Assembly: GCA_964644965.1 (NCBI GenBank)
Contig: CAZXYN010000005.1
Span: forward strand, 9,759 to 73,758
DNA: 64,000 nt
Source of the DNA: an uncultured Candidatus Saccharibacteria bacterium
GTDB lineage: Bacteria; Patescibacteriota; Saccharimonadia; Saccharimonadales; JACDBH01
Reading direction: 5' to 3'
The notes under the pieces are model-generated. The model was not told where the DNA came from. It ran no database searches and worked only from the letters and a program-made list of their open reading frames with translations. The translations under genes were made by a program, and so were the position numbers. This document shows positions 1 through 8,552 of this stretch, one piece after another (within the stretch, counting starts at the first letter, position 1; each line of letters opens with the position of its first letter).

Positions 1-261
1 TCTGCCTCACGCGGCGAGGTGCGTACAATCGTGCTGGCACTAAAGATATTTGAGCAAACTCAGATAGAAAACATAACCAGCACTAAACCACTGTTCCTAC
101 TAGACGACGTATTTAGCGAGCTTGATGGAGCGCGCAGACGTCATCTAACTGAGTTTCTAAAGAGTCACCAAGTTTTTATTACTACCACCGACGCCGACGT
201 TGTTGTCCAGCATTTTTCCGACAAAAATAAAGTAATAGCCCTCACCCGCCCTGAGAACTGA
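1..261 (+). CDS. recF: RecF C-terminal fragment (5' end outside window)
   Basis: Frame 1 open from nt 1; SASRGEVRT...LFLLDDVFSELD matches ABC/SMC signature followed by Walker B/D-loop typical of RecF C-terminus; stop at 259-261. Confidence 0.7.
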   Translation, partial: SASRGEVRTIVLALKIFEQTQIENITSTKPLFLLDDVFSELDGARRRHLTEFLKSHQVFITTTDADVVVQHFSDKNKVIALTRPEN

Positions 262-271
262 GAGCGGATTT

Positions 272-985
272 CTACAATTGGGTAGGTAGCGTAGGGGGCT
301 CGATCACAGTGTATCTGATAGTATAGTCGTCCGGGTTTATTCCAGCCCCGGATATATAATCAGTCACCCTCTTTCCATATTGTGCAATAATCTCATTTTT
401 ATCCCTGCCTAAATCTTCTCTAGTTACATATAAATCAACATCCAGGAATAAAATAGATTCACCCATGTCATCCGTGCCAAAAGTATACTTTATAAAAAAT
501 CTATCACCTTGGTGTGGCAGGATATTGAGGATTGGGTTGTCAAATCTCCCTCTGTCTGCAACATATGCCTCCAGCTCTTTTTGGGTACCGCTGAGTCTTT
601 CGAACTGTATATAACCAGCTGTGAAACTAACCCTCACTTCGTCGATAATCTCTTGATCCAAGGAAACAACGTTTTTAACAACGAAACTATAAGCCGTATC
701 CTTTTCTAGTCGCCGCAGGGTTAAGAAAAGATAGGGTCCTTCTGCAAAAGTTCTACTTACAATAAAATCACCTTCAATATTCTTAGCATAATCTATGGAC
801 GTATCCAGATCTTCACTAAACTCTAATCGAACTGTACTGGTAGACGTAGCAACCACTTGATTAGTATCAGGTGTTGATCTAACCAGCCTGAACTCATGGT
901 TCTGTCCGAAAAAGAACCAAACAGCTCCTATGACAGCAATCACTATCAATACCAGAATAGTTTTCCTTACATTGTTCGTGCTCAT
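272..985 (-). CDS. hypothetical N-terminally membrane-anchored protein, last gene of T4SS-like operon
   Basis: 237-aa ORF; N-terminal hydrophobic helix ILVLIVIAVIGAVWFFF then soluble domain; 4-nt start/stop overlap with upstream hydrolase gene (982-985). Confidence 0.6.
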   Translation of the reverse strand: MSTNNVRKTILVLIVIAVIGAVWFFFGQNHEFRLVRSTPDTNQVVATSTSTVRLEFSEDLDTSIDYAKNIEGDFIVSRTFAEGPYLFLTLRRLEKDTAYSFVVKNVVSLDQEIIDEVRVSFTAGYIQFERLSGTQKELEAYVADRGRFDNPILNILPHQGDRFFIKYTFGTDDMGESILFLDVDLYVTREDLGRDKNEIIAQYGKRVTDYISGAGINPDDYTIRYTVIEPPTLPTQL

Positions 986-2091
986 GGAATCCTCACAAAT
1001 CCGGTGAGTGCAGGAAGCTCGGCACTATACGAGGCTTTTTTTATGGTGTTGCTCTCGTTTCCGCCGATTGATGTGTATGTGTTGGTATTGCTCTCGTAGC
1101 TCACAACTATGTTTACGTGTGATGGGAAGGGCATCAGACCTTCTTTATAGACGGCTATATCGCCAGGTTGTGGCACAAAACCGGCCTCGCCTTTTGGATG
1201 GAACCAACCTCGTTCATCACCATAGGCCATAATTCCCGACGCTGTTGAGATAGTACCGCCTTCGAAGCCAGCGCCTGCCGTTTCAAAAACCCAGCTGACA
1301 AAAAATGCGCACCACTCTGCTCTCACGCCATTTGTGTACTTTAGGTAGGATTCATTTTCTTCTTTTGCACCCAAAGCTAGCTCCCCCTCAGCTATCTGTA
1401 TAACTTTACTAGCGGTACCACCTGCTATACAACCAGAACTACTCACTGTATTTATCCCTGGAGCCTCGCCCCCAACCTTCTCGATCCAAATACTAAATTC
1501 CGGCGCATTATGGTATGAGAGCGTTATGTCACTGCCCACGCCATTTGATATTGACTCGATTAGTTTCTCCGCATATTGCCGAGGGGTTATAGTATTTCTT
1601 CCCGGTATTATATCAAGCAATGACTCGTTTGTTATGGCAGCCGGTAGGAAATGGCTAACCGCAAGTTTAAATAAATCATTATTCATAGACCTGAATTTTT
1701 GAGTATATTCTATGTAAGCTACGGCATCTTGAACCGCTTCCGGAGCATCTGCAGCTCTTGCATAGTTTCCTGCAGGACCGTATAAACTAGCTCTCGCTCT
1801 CCAAGTTGAGTCAATATACTGGTATTTGCCTGATGCACTACTAGCACCAGATTTGGCAGTTGGGTTACCGCTACTCTCCTGATAGGCTAAGACTTGCAAG
1901 AATCGATCAATACTGCCATTAGCAATACCTATATCATTACATACCGCGCTCGGCTGTGCGTCAAAATAATACACACCTGAGTCAAAAAGCTTTCGCTGGT
2001 CTGGCGACAATCCTATTGCTGGCGCTGTTGGTATAACTAGCATAGCTAACATCACTACCACAGAAGCAACTTTACTTTTCCAATCAATCAT
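982..2091 (-). CDS. secreted peptidoglycan hydrolase, transglycosylase-like N-domain plus C-terminal CHAP amidase/peptidase domain (VirB1/PrgK-like role)
   Basis: 369 aa; signal/anchor VVVMLAMLVIPTAPAIG; AYQESSGNP...GKYQYIDSTW resembles lytic transglycosylase/Rpf-like motif; EWCAFFVSWVF (Cys) and PSHVNIVVS (His) resemble CHAP catalytic pair. Confidence 0.8.
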   Translation of the reverse strand: MIDWKSKVASVVVMLAMLVIPTAPAIGLSPDQRKLFDSGVYYFDAQPSAVCNDIGIANGSIDRFLQVLAYQESSGNPTAKSGASSASGKYQYIDSTWRARASLYGPAGNYARAADAPEAVQDAVAYIEYTQKFRSMNNDLFKLAVSHFLPAAITNESLLDIIPGRNTITPRQYAEKLIESISNGVGSDITLSYHNAPEFSIWIEKVGGEAPGINTVSSSGCIAGGTASKVIQIAEGELALGAKEENESYLKYTNGVRAEWCAFFVSWVFETAGAGFEGGTISTASGIMAYGDERGWFHPKGEAGFVPQPGDIAVYKEGLMPFPSHVNIVVSYESNTNTYTSIGGNESNTIKKASYSAELPALTGFVRIP

Positions 2092-5019
2092 CTAATTACC
2101 TGTTGTTGACCAGTGCCAATTCTCTGAGGGCAGGTTTTTTAAGCCATAGCTAGCGGCGTTAGCAACCAACCAATCCCAACAAACCCTTGTGGACGGTCTT
2201 TCTCTTAAGTTAATAAAGCCAATACCATTACAAATTAAGTCTATAGCTAAACCTCTCTCGTGAAAAGATGTGCCTGGTTTGGCTGTTGGCGGGCTACAGC
2301 TGTTGGCGGACATCTCATATATGGCGTAGTTGCTTGTACCACAGTTTTGTCGCCGTAATGCAATCTGTCTTGCGGGGTCGCGCCAACCTCCACCGGTAAA
2401 AGTAATCCCACTAGCTTTTGCGTCATTTACTAGTCTCTCAATAGTGCCAGCAATACAATTATGAACCAATATACCTTGCACATCAGTTATCTCTTCTCTA
2501 CCAACTGGCGCTGATGGGCATTGACTCGTATCAAGGGATCCGGATGTATTAGTGTTTGCCGGTTGAGTGCCAAGACCAAGTTCAGTACACGCCTGCGCAT
2601 TATCATCATAGCAGTCCATCGTTCTGGCTATAGAGTCGTCCATAACGAAAAGAGCAGTTCGGATCCAATCGGGACTTAGATCGCCACAATTAGCCCCATT
2701 ATACTCGTTAGACAAAGGGTTTATCTCTTTGTCTAAAAGCGTTGTCCGTAACTGGCTTCCTTCACCCACTATTTCTACACCGAAACAATTCTTTACCCTG
2801 TCTTCGTCTATGCTACCTCTGTTATCAATAACCCACTTTACGTTTTCAGGGGAGTCATAGTTTGGATCATCGACAATGCTAGCAGGCATTGATACCAACG
2901 GGAATCCCCAGTCGTAAGTCGCTGATTGAGCATGGGCACTAGGCGATGCAATGGATAAGAGGTTGGATACTGTGCTAATAGGAGACTTTAATAGACCGGG
3001 GACTATTGAGCCGAAACTATTGCCAACACCAACGAGTCCGTGGCTCAGGGCCGGACGCATTGTGGCCATTGCGAGAGACCGTTTTTCCTGGGGGTTGAAT
3101 AATCTGTCGAACAAGTCCTTTTGTCTGAACTCCGCAATTTCTTGCTCGTTGATCTGGTTTAGTAGTGCCGTCTCGTCGCCGCTACTTAAAGGTACCCCAC
3201 CCATCGCAGCAGCATTTATATTGCTAGACATTCTAGCTGCATACGCGAGGCAGTTTCCGTATGCCTCTGCGTTTAATACCTCGATATCTTCTGGTTTGTC
3301 GCTTTCACCCGAATCAAACTCCACACCACATACGTCGGTAACCCTGCCCCTTACCTGTCCCTCTACAACTTCACCGAGAATCCTACTTGCTGCATAAGAG
3401 ATGGTACCGGCCAGGACGGCCTGTGCAGCTACCCTGCCCACGGCTCCGGCTGTTGTGGTTCCACCGGTAACTACGCCCCCTACAACCCCTGCAACAGTAA
3501 GCGTAGCACCGGCCGCAAGGCCGACAACTCTAGCGACTGGATTGCACGCAAAATCAGAGACACCATCAGCAACATCAGCAGCAGTAGCCCCGTCGTATCC
3601 AAGAGCACTCACTAGGCCTGAAATGCTGCTGCCGGTTGTAGTGAAAGCAGATCTGGCACCAATATCTATATCCGTACCAACACCCGATCCTCCGTTCGTC
3701 AATGCGTTGACAGACTTCGCACCCCATACGCTACGTCCATCAGCATCTCTAAAGTCAGCTATCACGTCCCCTGCTAACTGGGCGGTGAGATTCTGTCCCG
3801 ACTGGAATTGTGATGCCGCACTTTGGGTTTGGATTGATCTTATCATGGCGGGTGTGACTATAGTTGCATAGTAGACACCTGGTACTATGCCCGCAATATC
3901 TTTGACCGTGCACATAACTCCCTGAATTGCAACTGCAGCCCCAGCCGTTTTCATTAGTCCTGACCCGGCCTTGCTTCTCAGGTCGCTGCGTGCACTGGAT
4001 CTTCTCTGGTCAACCTCAACACTCTTTCTGGATCTCTCTGCATCAGCCTGCTTCCTTTCGCGCCTTGCTAGCACGGCATTATCTATGCGTCGCCCAACCG
4101 ATTCGCTAGCTCGGGATACAGGGTGAAATAGACTCGGTAATCTCAATGTTTTGCTAAACAATCTTTTGTTCATTGATACGGCAACTTTAGGATTAAGCCT
4201 TACGGTCGCCCTTCCACCACCAGCGTGGTGTGCTAAACCTTTTTTGATATTGTCAAGTTCGCTACCCTTAAAGTCCGACAACCTAAAGCTAAGGGATGTG
4301 TCGGTGTTGCCGATAGTGCCCACGCGGACTTTTTCTGCATCAATTCCAAATGCCCTGGCTATGTTTAGGCGGGTGTGTGTTGGCGTAGGGCCTCTGAGGG
4401 GGGAGTTAGCAGGTGGGTCAAACGTGACCGTTACTCTAGAGTTTCCCGTTACTCGTCCTGTTGTCTCTGTAAGCTTTATACCATGCTGCTGATCTAGTCT
4501 ATCCAGCATTCCGCCAAATACCCTATTTTGAACTGTTCCCAGGCGCGAACGTGACAGCATAACCCTATCATCGGCGTTCTTAAACAGGGATCGGTAAAGC
4601 ATCCTGTTTATACGTCTGTTTATGATATTTGTGTGAGCGCTTTCGTGTTTACCCAAAGCAGCATCAAGTTGGAATACTTGCATTGGACCCGTCGTCAAGA
4701 TTGTGAGTGCTCCAAGGCCTCCGCCGATAACAGTTCCTACGATACTACCAATAACTACCTGTTTTTTAGTTACGCGGGAGCGGCTCTTTTTCTTCTTTTC
4801 ATCATCACGGAACGGGATTTCATCATCAGAATCTCCTGTCTTTTCATCCAGTTTGGCACGTTCGGCCATATCATCGGTGACGGCACGGTCTTCCATAGCC
4901 TGCTCCTCGGCAGGGTTAATACCAGTGATCTGATTTAGATCACCCGTTCTTTTATCAAGCTTATCAGCTTCAATTTCCTCTGGTCGAGTTTTGGTTTGTT
5001 GGTCGTCGTAGACTGCCAT
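2092..5019 (-). CDS. large membrane protein with C-terminal M15/VanY-type D-Ala-D-Ala peptidase domain, T4SS-associated
   Basis: 975 aa; acidic N-terminus, TM VVIGSIVGTVIGGGLGALTILTTG, Gly/Ala/Val-rich hydrophobic segment mid-protein; C-terminus has SFHERGLAID (SxHxxGxAxD) and ENWHWS motifs of VanY/M15 peptidases; directly abuts neighbouring genes. Confidence 0.8.
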   Translation of the reverse strand: MAVYDDQQTKTRPEEIEADKLDKRTGDLNQITGINPAEEQAMEDRAVTDDMAERAKLDEKTGDSDDEIPFRDDEKKKKSRSRVTKKQVVIGSIVGTVIGGGLGALTILTTGPMQVFQLDAALGKHESAHTNIINRRINRMLYRSLFKNADDRVMLSRSRLGTVQNRVFGGMLDRLDQQHGIKLTETTGRVTGNSRVTVTFDPPANSPLRGPTPTHTRLNIARAFGIDAEKVRVGTIGNTDTSLSFRLSDFKGSELDNIKKGLAHHAGGGRATVRLNPKVAVSMNKRLFSKTLRLPSLFHPVSRASESVGRRIDNAVLARRERKQADAERSRKSVEVDQRRSSARSDLRSKAGSGLMKTAGAAVAIQGVMCTVKDIAGIVPGVYYATIVTPAMIRSIQTQSAASQFQSGQNLTAQLAGDVIADFRDADGRSVWGAKSVNALTNGGSGVGTDIDIGARSAFTTTGSSISGLVSALGYDGATAADVADGVSDFACNPVARVVGLAAGATLTVAGVVGGVVTGGTTTAGAVGRVAAQAVLAGTISYAASRILGEVVEGQVRGRVTDVCGVEFDSGESDKPEDIEVLNAEAYGNCLAYAARMSSNINAAAMGGVPLSSGDETALLNQINEQEIAEFRQKDLFDRLFNPQEKRSLAMATMRPALSHGLVGVGNSFGSIVPGLLKSPISTVSNLLSIASPSAHAQSATYDWGFPLVSMPASIVDDPNYDSPENVKWVIDNRGSIDEDRVKNCFGVEIVGEGSQLRTTLLDKEINPLSNEYNGANCGDLSPDWIRTALFVMDDSIARTMDCYDDNAQACTELGLGTQPANTNTSGSLDTSQCPSAPVGREEITDVQGILVHNCIAGTIERLVNDAKASGITFTGGGWRDPARQIALRRQNCGTSNYAIYEMSANSCSPPTAKPGTSFHERGLAIDLICNGIGFINLRERPSTRVCWDWLVANAASYGLKNLPSENWHWSTTGN

Positions 5020-5025
5020 TGTTCC

Positions 5026-6951
5026 CTACATGCCCGGTGCGAGCCGGTTATCTAGGTCTATTGTACCTTGTCCTTGGTCAATTTCGCCACCCTGTTCGAT
5101 TGCCTGCACCTGAGCCGGATCAGTCGTAATTAGACCCTGTTCGGTCTGGCTGGCAATAATTTGAATATGCACGTGATTTTGACCGGCAAAGAACAGCCCT
5201 TGCCCAACTGGGAATTGACTCAAGCGTTTCTTCTCTTCCGAAGTAAGCTTAAAGGTGTCGCTGAGCACATCAACCGCCGAACTCGACTGCTTAAGCAGAA
5301 TCTGCATACTGGCATTAGCGACAATCGCTCGACCCATGCGGGAGCCCATGAAATCTTCAACATCCTGGGTAATGGTGGTGATACCTAGGTTATATTTGCG
5401 GGCACGTTTAGCTAGGCTAAACAAGAAGTTAGCCGAATCTTCGTACTTCATAAGTTGCCAAGCTTCGTCCACCACCAAAATTCGGCGTTTGCGGTCACTC
5501 TTGGTCTTGTTCCAGATGTAATTTAGCACAATATACATAGCTACAGGTCGGAGTTCGTCCTCTAGGTCGCGAATATTGAACACGACCATCGGGTTATCGA
5601 TGTTTATGTTGCTTTGCTGCGAGAAAATACCAGCAAATGTACCGCTAGTGTACTTGCGTAATCTTTGAGCCAGCTGAGGACCGGTGCCGCCCATGTGTAG
5701 TAGTACATCGTACAGATCAGCAACGGTTGGCGCTGGCGATTGGTGGGTCAGCGGATCATCGGTAATTCCTGCACGTTTGTAAGTTTCAATCAGTGCAGCG
5801 TCTAGGTCAGACTCTTCGACAGGACTTAGCGCTGGCGCAATCATGCCGCCACCCTGCGCGGCACCGGCCATCTGTGCCTGCGCACCACCCATCATCAGAC
5901 GCAGCAGACCGTGCAAGGTTATCAAGTTGCTACGCAGCGCATCACCAGCGTCATCGCCATCTATGACTTGTGGCAAATCGAACGGATTGATACGGGTTGG
6001 CGAGTTGAGGCTGAGCTTTACATAAGCTCCGCCGACAGCCTCGGCCATGCGCTGGTATTCGTTTTCTGGATCGATGATAAATATCTCGGTGCCAAACATC
6101 AGGCTGCGCAGAGCCTCAAGCTTAACAGTAAAGCTCTTACCAGCACCAGACTTAGCAAAAACCACAGAGTTGCCGTTCTCTAGACTAAAACGATCAAATA
6201 TCACCAGCCCAGAGTTGTGCATATTGATGCCGTACATAATGCCGTTGTCTTGGCTGAGATCTGCCGATGTAAACGGAAATGTCGTGCTCAGTGCGCCGGT
6301 GTTCATGTTGCGACGAATCTGTAGCTGGTCGGTAAACTGCGGAATGGTGCTGTTGAGCCCCTGCTCTTGCTGGGCGCTGGCGACCTTGCTGTAGACCAGC
6401 TGCTGGCCAAGCATTGACTCTACCTTGTGGGTCACGAACTCCAACTCTTCCTGACTGTTGCCGTAGATGGTGAAATACAGACCAAATCGGAAGAATCTTT
6501 CCTCGCCCACCTGCAATTTGTCGCGCATTTCCTCGGCATCCATAATCGCCGCTTGTTTACCTGGGTCGCGGACACGACCCTTCTCGGAATCAATCTGAAT
6601 ACCGGCTTCCAGCTGAGTCACCTTCTTGCGTAGGTTTTCTAGTACAACCTGGCTCTCTACAGGGTAGATAAACATGCTGAGATCCATGACCTCATCTAGA
6701 TTAACCATACTACCAAGCCAGCCAGTAAACACTTGGCGCGGGTAGCCGTAGACGTAGAGGGTGCGAGCGTAGCGGGTACCAATACGGAAGAATCCACTCT
6801 GGAATTCGATTGAGCTCGGTGCAACAAAATCACGTAGCGCCGTGACGCCCTTTTGGAAAGCAGCGTGAACCTCTTGTTCCTCACGCTGTCTCTGGGCCTG
6901 AGCCAGCGCTACAGGATCGGCTTGCGGTTTTTGTTTTCCAAATGCCATCAT
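5026..6951 (-). CDS. virB4: VirB4/TrsE/PrgJ-class type IV secretion ATPase
   Basis: 641 aa; Walker A FAKSGAGKSFT, Walker B RILVVDEAWQLM; N-terminal FRIGTRYARTLYVYGYPRQVFTGWL typical of Gram-positive VirB4 homologues; GGAGG RBS upstream of ATG. Confidence 0.9.
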   Translation of the reverse strand: MMAFGKQKPQADPVALAQAQRQREEQEVHAAFQKGVTALRDFVAPSSIEFQSGFFRIGTRYARTLYVYGYPRQVFTGWLGSMVNLDEVMDLSMFIYPVESQVVLENLRKKVTQLEAGIQIDSEKGRVRDPGKQAAIMDAEEMRDKLQVGEERFFRFGLYFTIYGNSQEELEFVTHKVESMLGQQLVYSKVASAQQEQGLNSTIPQFTDQLQIRRNMNTGALSTTFPFTSADLSQDNGIMYGINMHNSGLVIFDRFSLENGNSVVFAKSGAGKSFTVKLEALRSLMFGTEIFIIDPENEYQRMAEAVGGAYVKLSLNSPTRINPFDLPQVIDGDDAGDALRSNLITLHGLLRLMMGGAQAQMAGAAQGGGMIAPALSPVEESDLDAALIETYKRAGITDDPLTHQSPAPTVADLYDVLLHMGGTGPQLAQRLRKYTSGTFAGIFSQQSNINIDNPMVVFNIRDLEDELRPVAMYIVLNYIWNKTKSDRKRRILVVDEAWQLMKYEDSANFLFSLAKRARKYNLGITTITQDVEDFMGSRMGRAIVANASMQILLKQSSSAVDVLSDTFKLTSEEKKRLSQFPVGQGLFFAGQNHVHIQIIASQTEQGLITTDPAQVQAIEQGGEIDQGQGTIDLDNRLAPGM

Positions 6952-7060
6952 AGGCCTCCTTCAGAGGCAATTATCAATTCACAATTATCAATTTTCATTA
7001 AATTTTCATTTACCAATTCGCATTCGGCCACGAATCGTCTGACAAATGTAGAACTACCTA

Positions 7061-7978
7061 TCATTGTAGTTCCCTCTCTAGATTTGGCTGCGGCGCAACA
7101 CCTTCGCCCTTGGTTACAACCGGGGCTGTCAGGTCGCCAAAGTTCTTCATCTGCTGGCGAGTAGCGGTATCTGGGTTGTAAGCATCGTAGAATAGCTCAA
7201 TAAGTTCCTGGGTATCTAGCGGTAGCCCTTGTACGCCACACTGCAGCATACCAGACAGCACCGCCTGGACTCGGTTTTTGAGCTCGGTCTTGGCGGCTTC
7301 TAGGTCTGCTTCGTTGATAGTGACGTGTTTTTCGTCACTTTGTTTAAACGACCCCATTAGATTGTTTATGAAACTTTTGCTGGCCTCTACAGCCTTCTGA
7401 GCTTCAAGCCCGACTGGAATAAACGGAATAACAATATAAAACCGCTTATCCATGATATTGGTCTGCTGAGCTATATTACTCATGAAGAAGATGTAATCTT
7501 CCATCAGTAGCGCCAGCAGCATGTTGTCGTGCTCGGAGCGTATCTTGTCGAGCTTCTCGATATAGGGGCGGATGTCCACCTTCTGTGAACGCACAAGGAT
7601 CTGGATTGGGAAATACAAAGAGTTTAGAAATCCCTGGTAGCTGTACTCTACGCCTTCTTGTTCCTGGGGATTCATCAGGTCAAAGTTCACGCTCTTCATC
7701 ATCAGCACAGACCGGAACGAACCGTCATTCATGATTACAATACCGTCGCGAATCTCAGCAATTTGCAAGGTGTTTTGGGTACTGTTTGGGTTGGTTGCTT
7801 GAGCGGACTGTATCTGCGGGCTCTGGGTTTGCGGCGGCATACCTGGTTGCATCTGGGGCGGTGCTTGACCGTACTGCTGGGCTGGAGTGATTGGCGCTGG
7901 CTGTGCGGGTACACTACCAGGCTGTGCGCCGGGATTAGGAGCTGCGTACGGATTCTGATTATCTGGATTCACTAGCAA
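7061..7978 (-). CDS. hypothetical T4SS-operon protein, Pro/Gln-rich N-terminus; C-terminal part resembles by eye the non-ATPase N-domain of conjugative VirB4-like proteins
   Basis: 305 aa; segment IAEIRDGIVIMNDGSFRSVLMMKSVNFDLMNPQEQEGVEYSYQGFLNSLYFPIQILVRSQKVDIRPYIEKL follows the pattern seen at N-termini of Gram-positive VirB4 homologues; no Walker motifs. Confidence 0.55.
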   Translation of the reverse strand: MLVNPDNQNPYAAPNPGAQPGSVPAQPAPITPAQQYGQAPPQMQPGMPPQTQSPQIQSAQATNPNSTQNTLQIAEIRDGIVIMNDGSFRSVLMMKSVNFDLMNPQEQEGVEYSYQGFLNSLYFPIQILVRSQKVDIRPYIEKLDKIRSEHDNMLLALLMEDYIFFMSNIAQQTNIMDKRFYIVIPFIPVGLEAQKAVEASKSFINNLMGSFKQSDEKHVTINEADLEAAKTELKNRVQAVLSGMLQCGVQGLPLDTQELIELFYDAYNPDTATRQQMKNFGDLTAPVVTKGEGVAPQPNLERELQ

Positions 7979-8112
7979 AGCCCCCAGCCTAGAGGTGAGT
8001 CATGCAGTATAGTTCTGTAAGAAATTGATTTCATAGGTAATCCCACTCTTCGAGTACAAACCAAAATGTCATTTCCAATTATAGGCGATTTCACCTTTAT
8101 AGTACAGGGTAA

Positions 8113-8548
8113 GAAACGTTAGCAATTTTCATTTTTCAATTCTCAATTTACAATCAACTGACAATGACCAATTATCAAAAGAAGTTTGACCTGGAGGAAA
8201 GAACTGCAAAGTTTGGCGAAGATGTGATAAATTTGTGCAAAAATCTGCCTAAAAACGAAATAACACGCCCACTAATCAATCAGATAATTCGTTCGGCAAC
8301 CAGTATCGGCGCAAACTACATGGAAGCCAACGGGGCTAGTAGCAAGAAGGACTTCAGGAATAAAGTATATATTTGTAAAAAAGAAGCTCAAGAAACCAGG
8401 CACTGGCTCAGGATGCTCGCCACCGCTCTACCGGAAGATAAAGAGGCTTTTCGTATTCTCTGGCAGGAGGCTCACGAGTTAGTCCTGATATTTCAGAAAA
8501 TCACCTCAACTCTAAATGAAAATTGAAAACTGAAACGTTTGAAAATTG
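8113..8548 (+). mobile_element. four-helix-bundle (IVS-protein) cassette with imperfect inverted repeats, inserted antisense in the T4SS operon
   Basis: Upstream CAATTTTCA (8123-8131) and TTTTCAATT (8133-8141) are complementary to downstream TGAAAATTG (8540-8548) and AATTGAAAA (8521-8529); GAAACGTT occurs at 8113-8120 and 8532-8539. Confidence 0.4.
8164..8526 (+). CDS. four-helix-bundle protein (23S rRNA intervening-sequence protein family)
   Basis: 120 aa; SATSIGANYMEANGASSKKDFRNKVYICKKEAQETRHWLRML matches the hallmark IxANIAEG...F...A.gS..E family pattern; only plus-strand gene within the minus-strand operon. Confidence 0.85.
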   Translation: MTNYQKKFDLEERTAKFGEDVINLCKNLPKNEITRPLINQIIRSATSIGANYMEANGASSKKDFRNKVYICKKEAQETRHWLRMLATALPEDKEAFRILWQEAHELVLIFQKITSTLNEN

Positions 8549-8552
8549 TCTT

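Noticed and set aside
3401-3871. 156-aa plus-strand ORF, and similar ORFs antisense to the 975-aa, VirB4, VirB6-like, valS, groEL and surface-protein genes
   Set aside because: They are embedded antisense in long genes with strong motif support, and have a low-complexity Ala/Pro/Thr/Ser composition.
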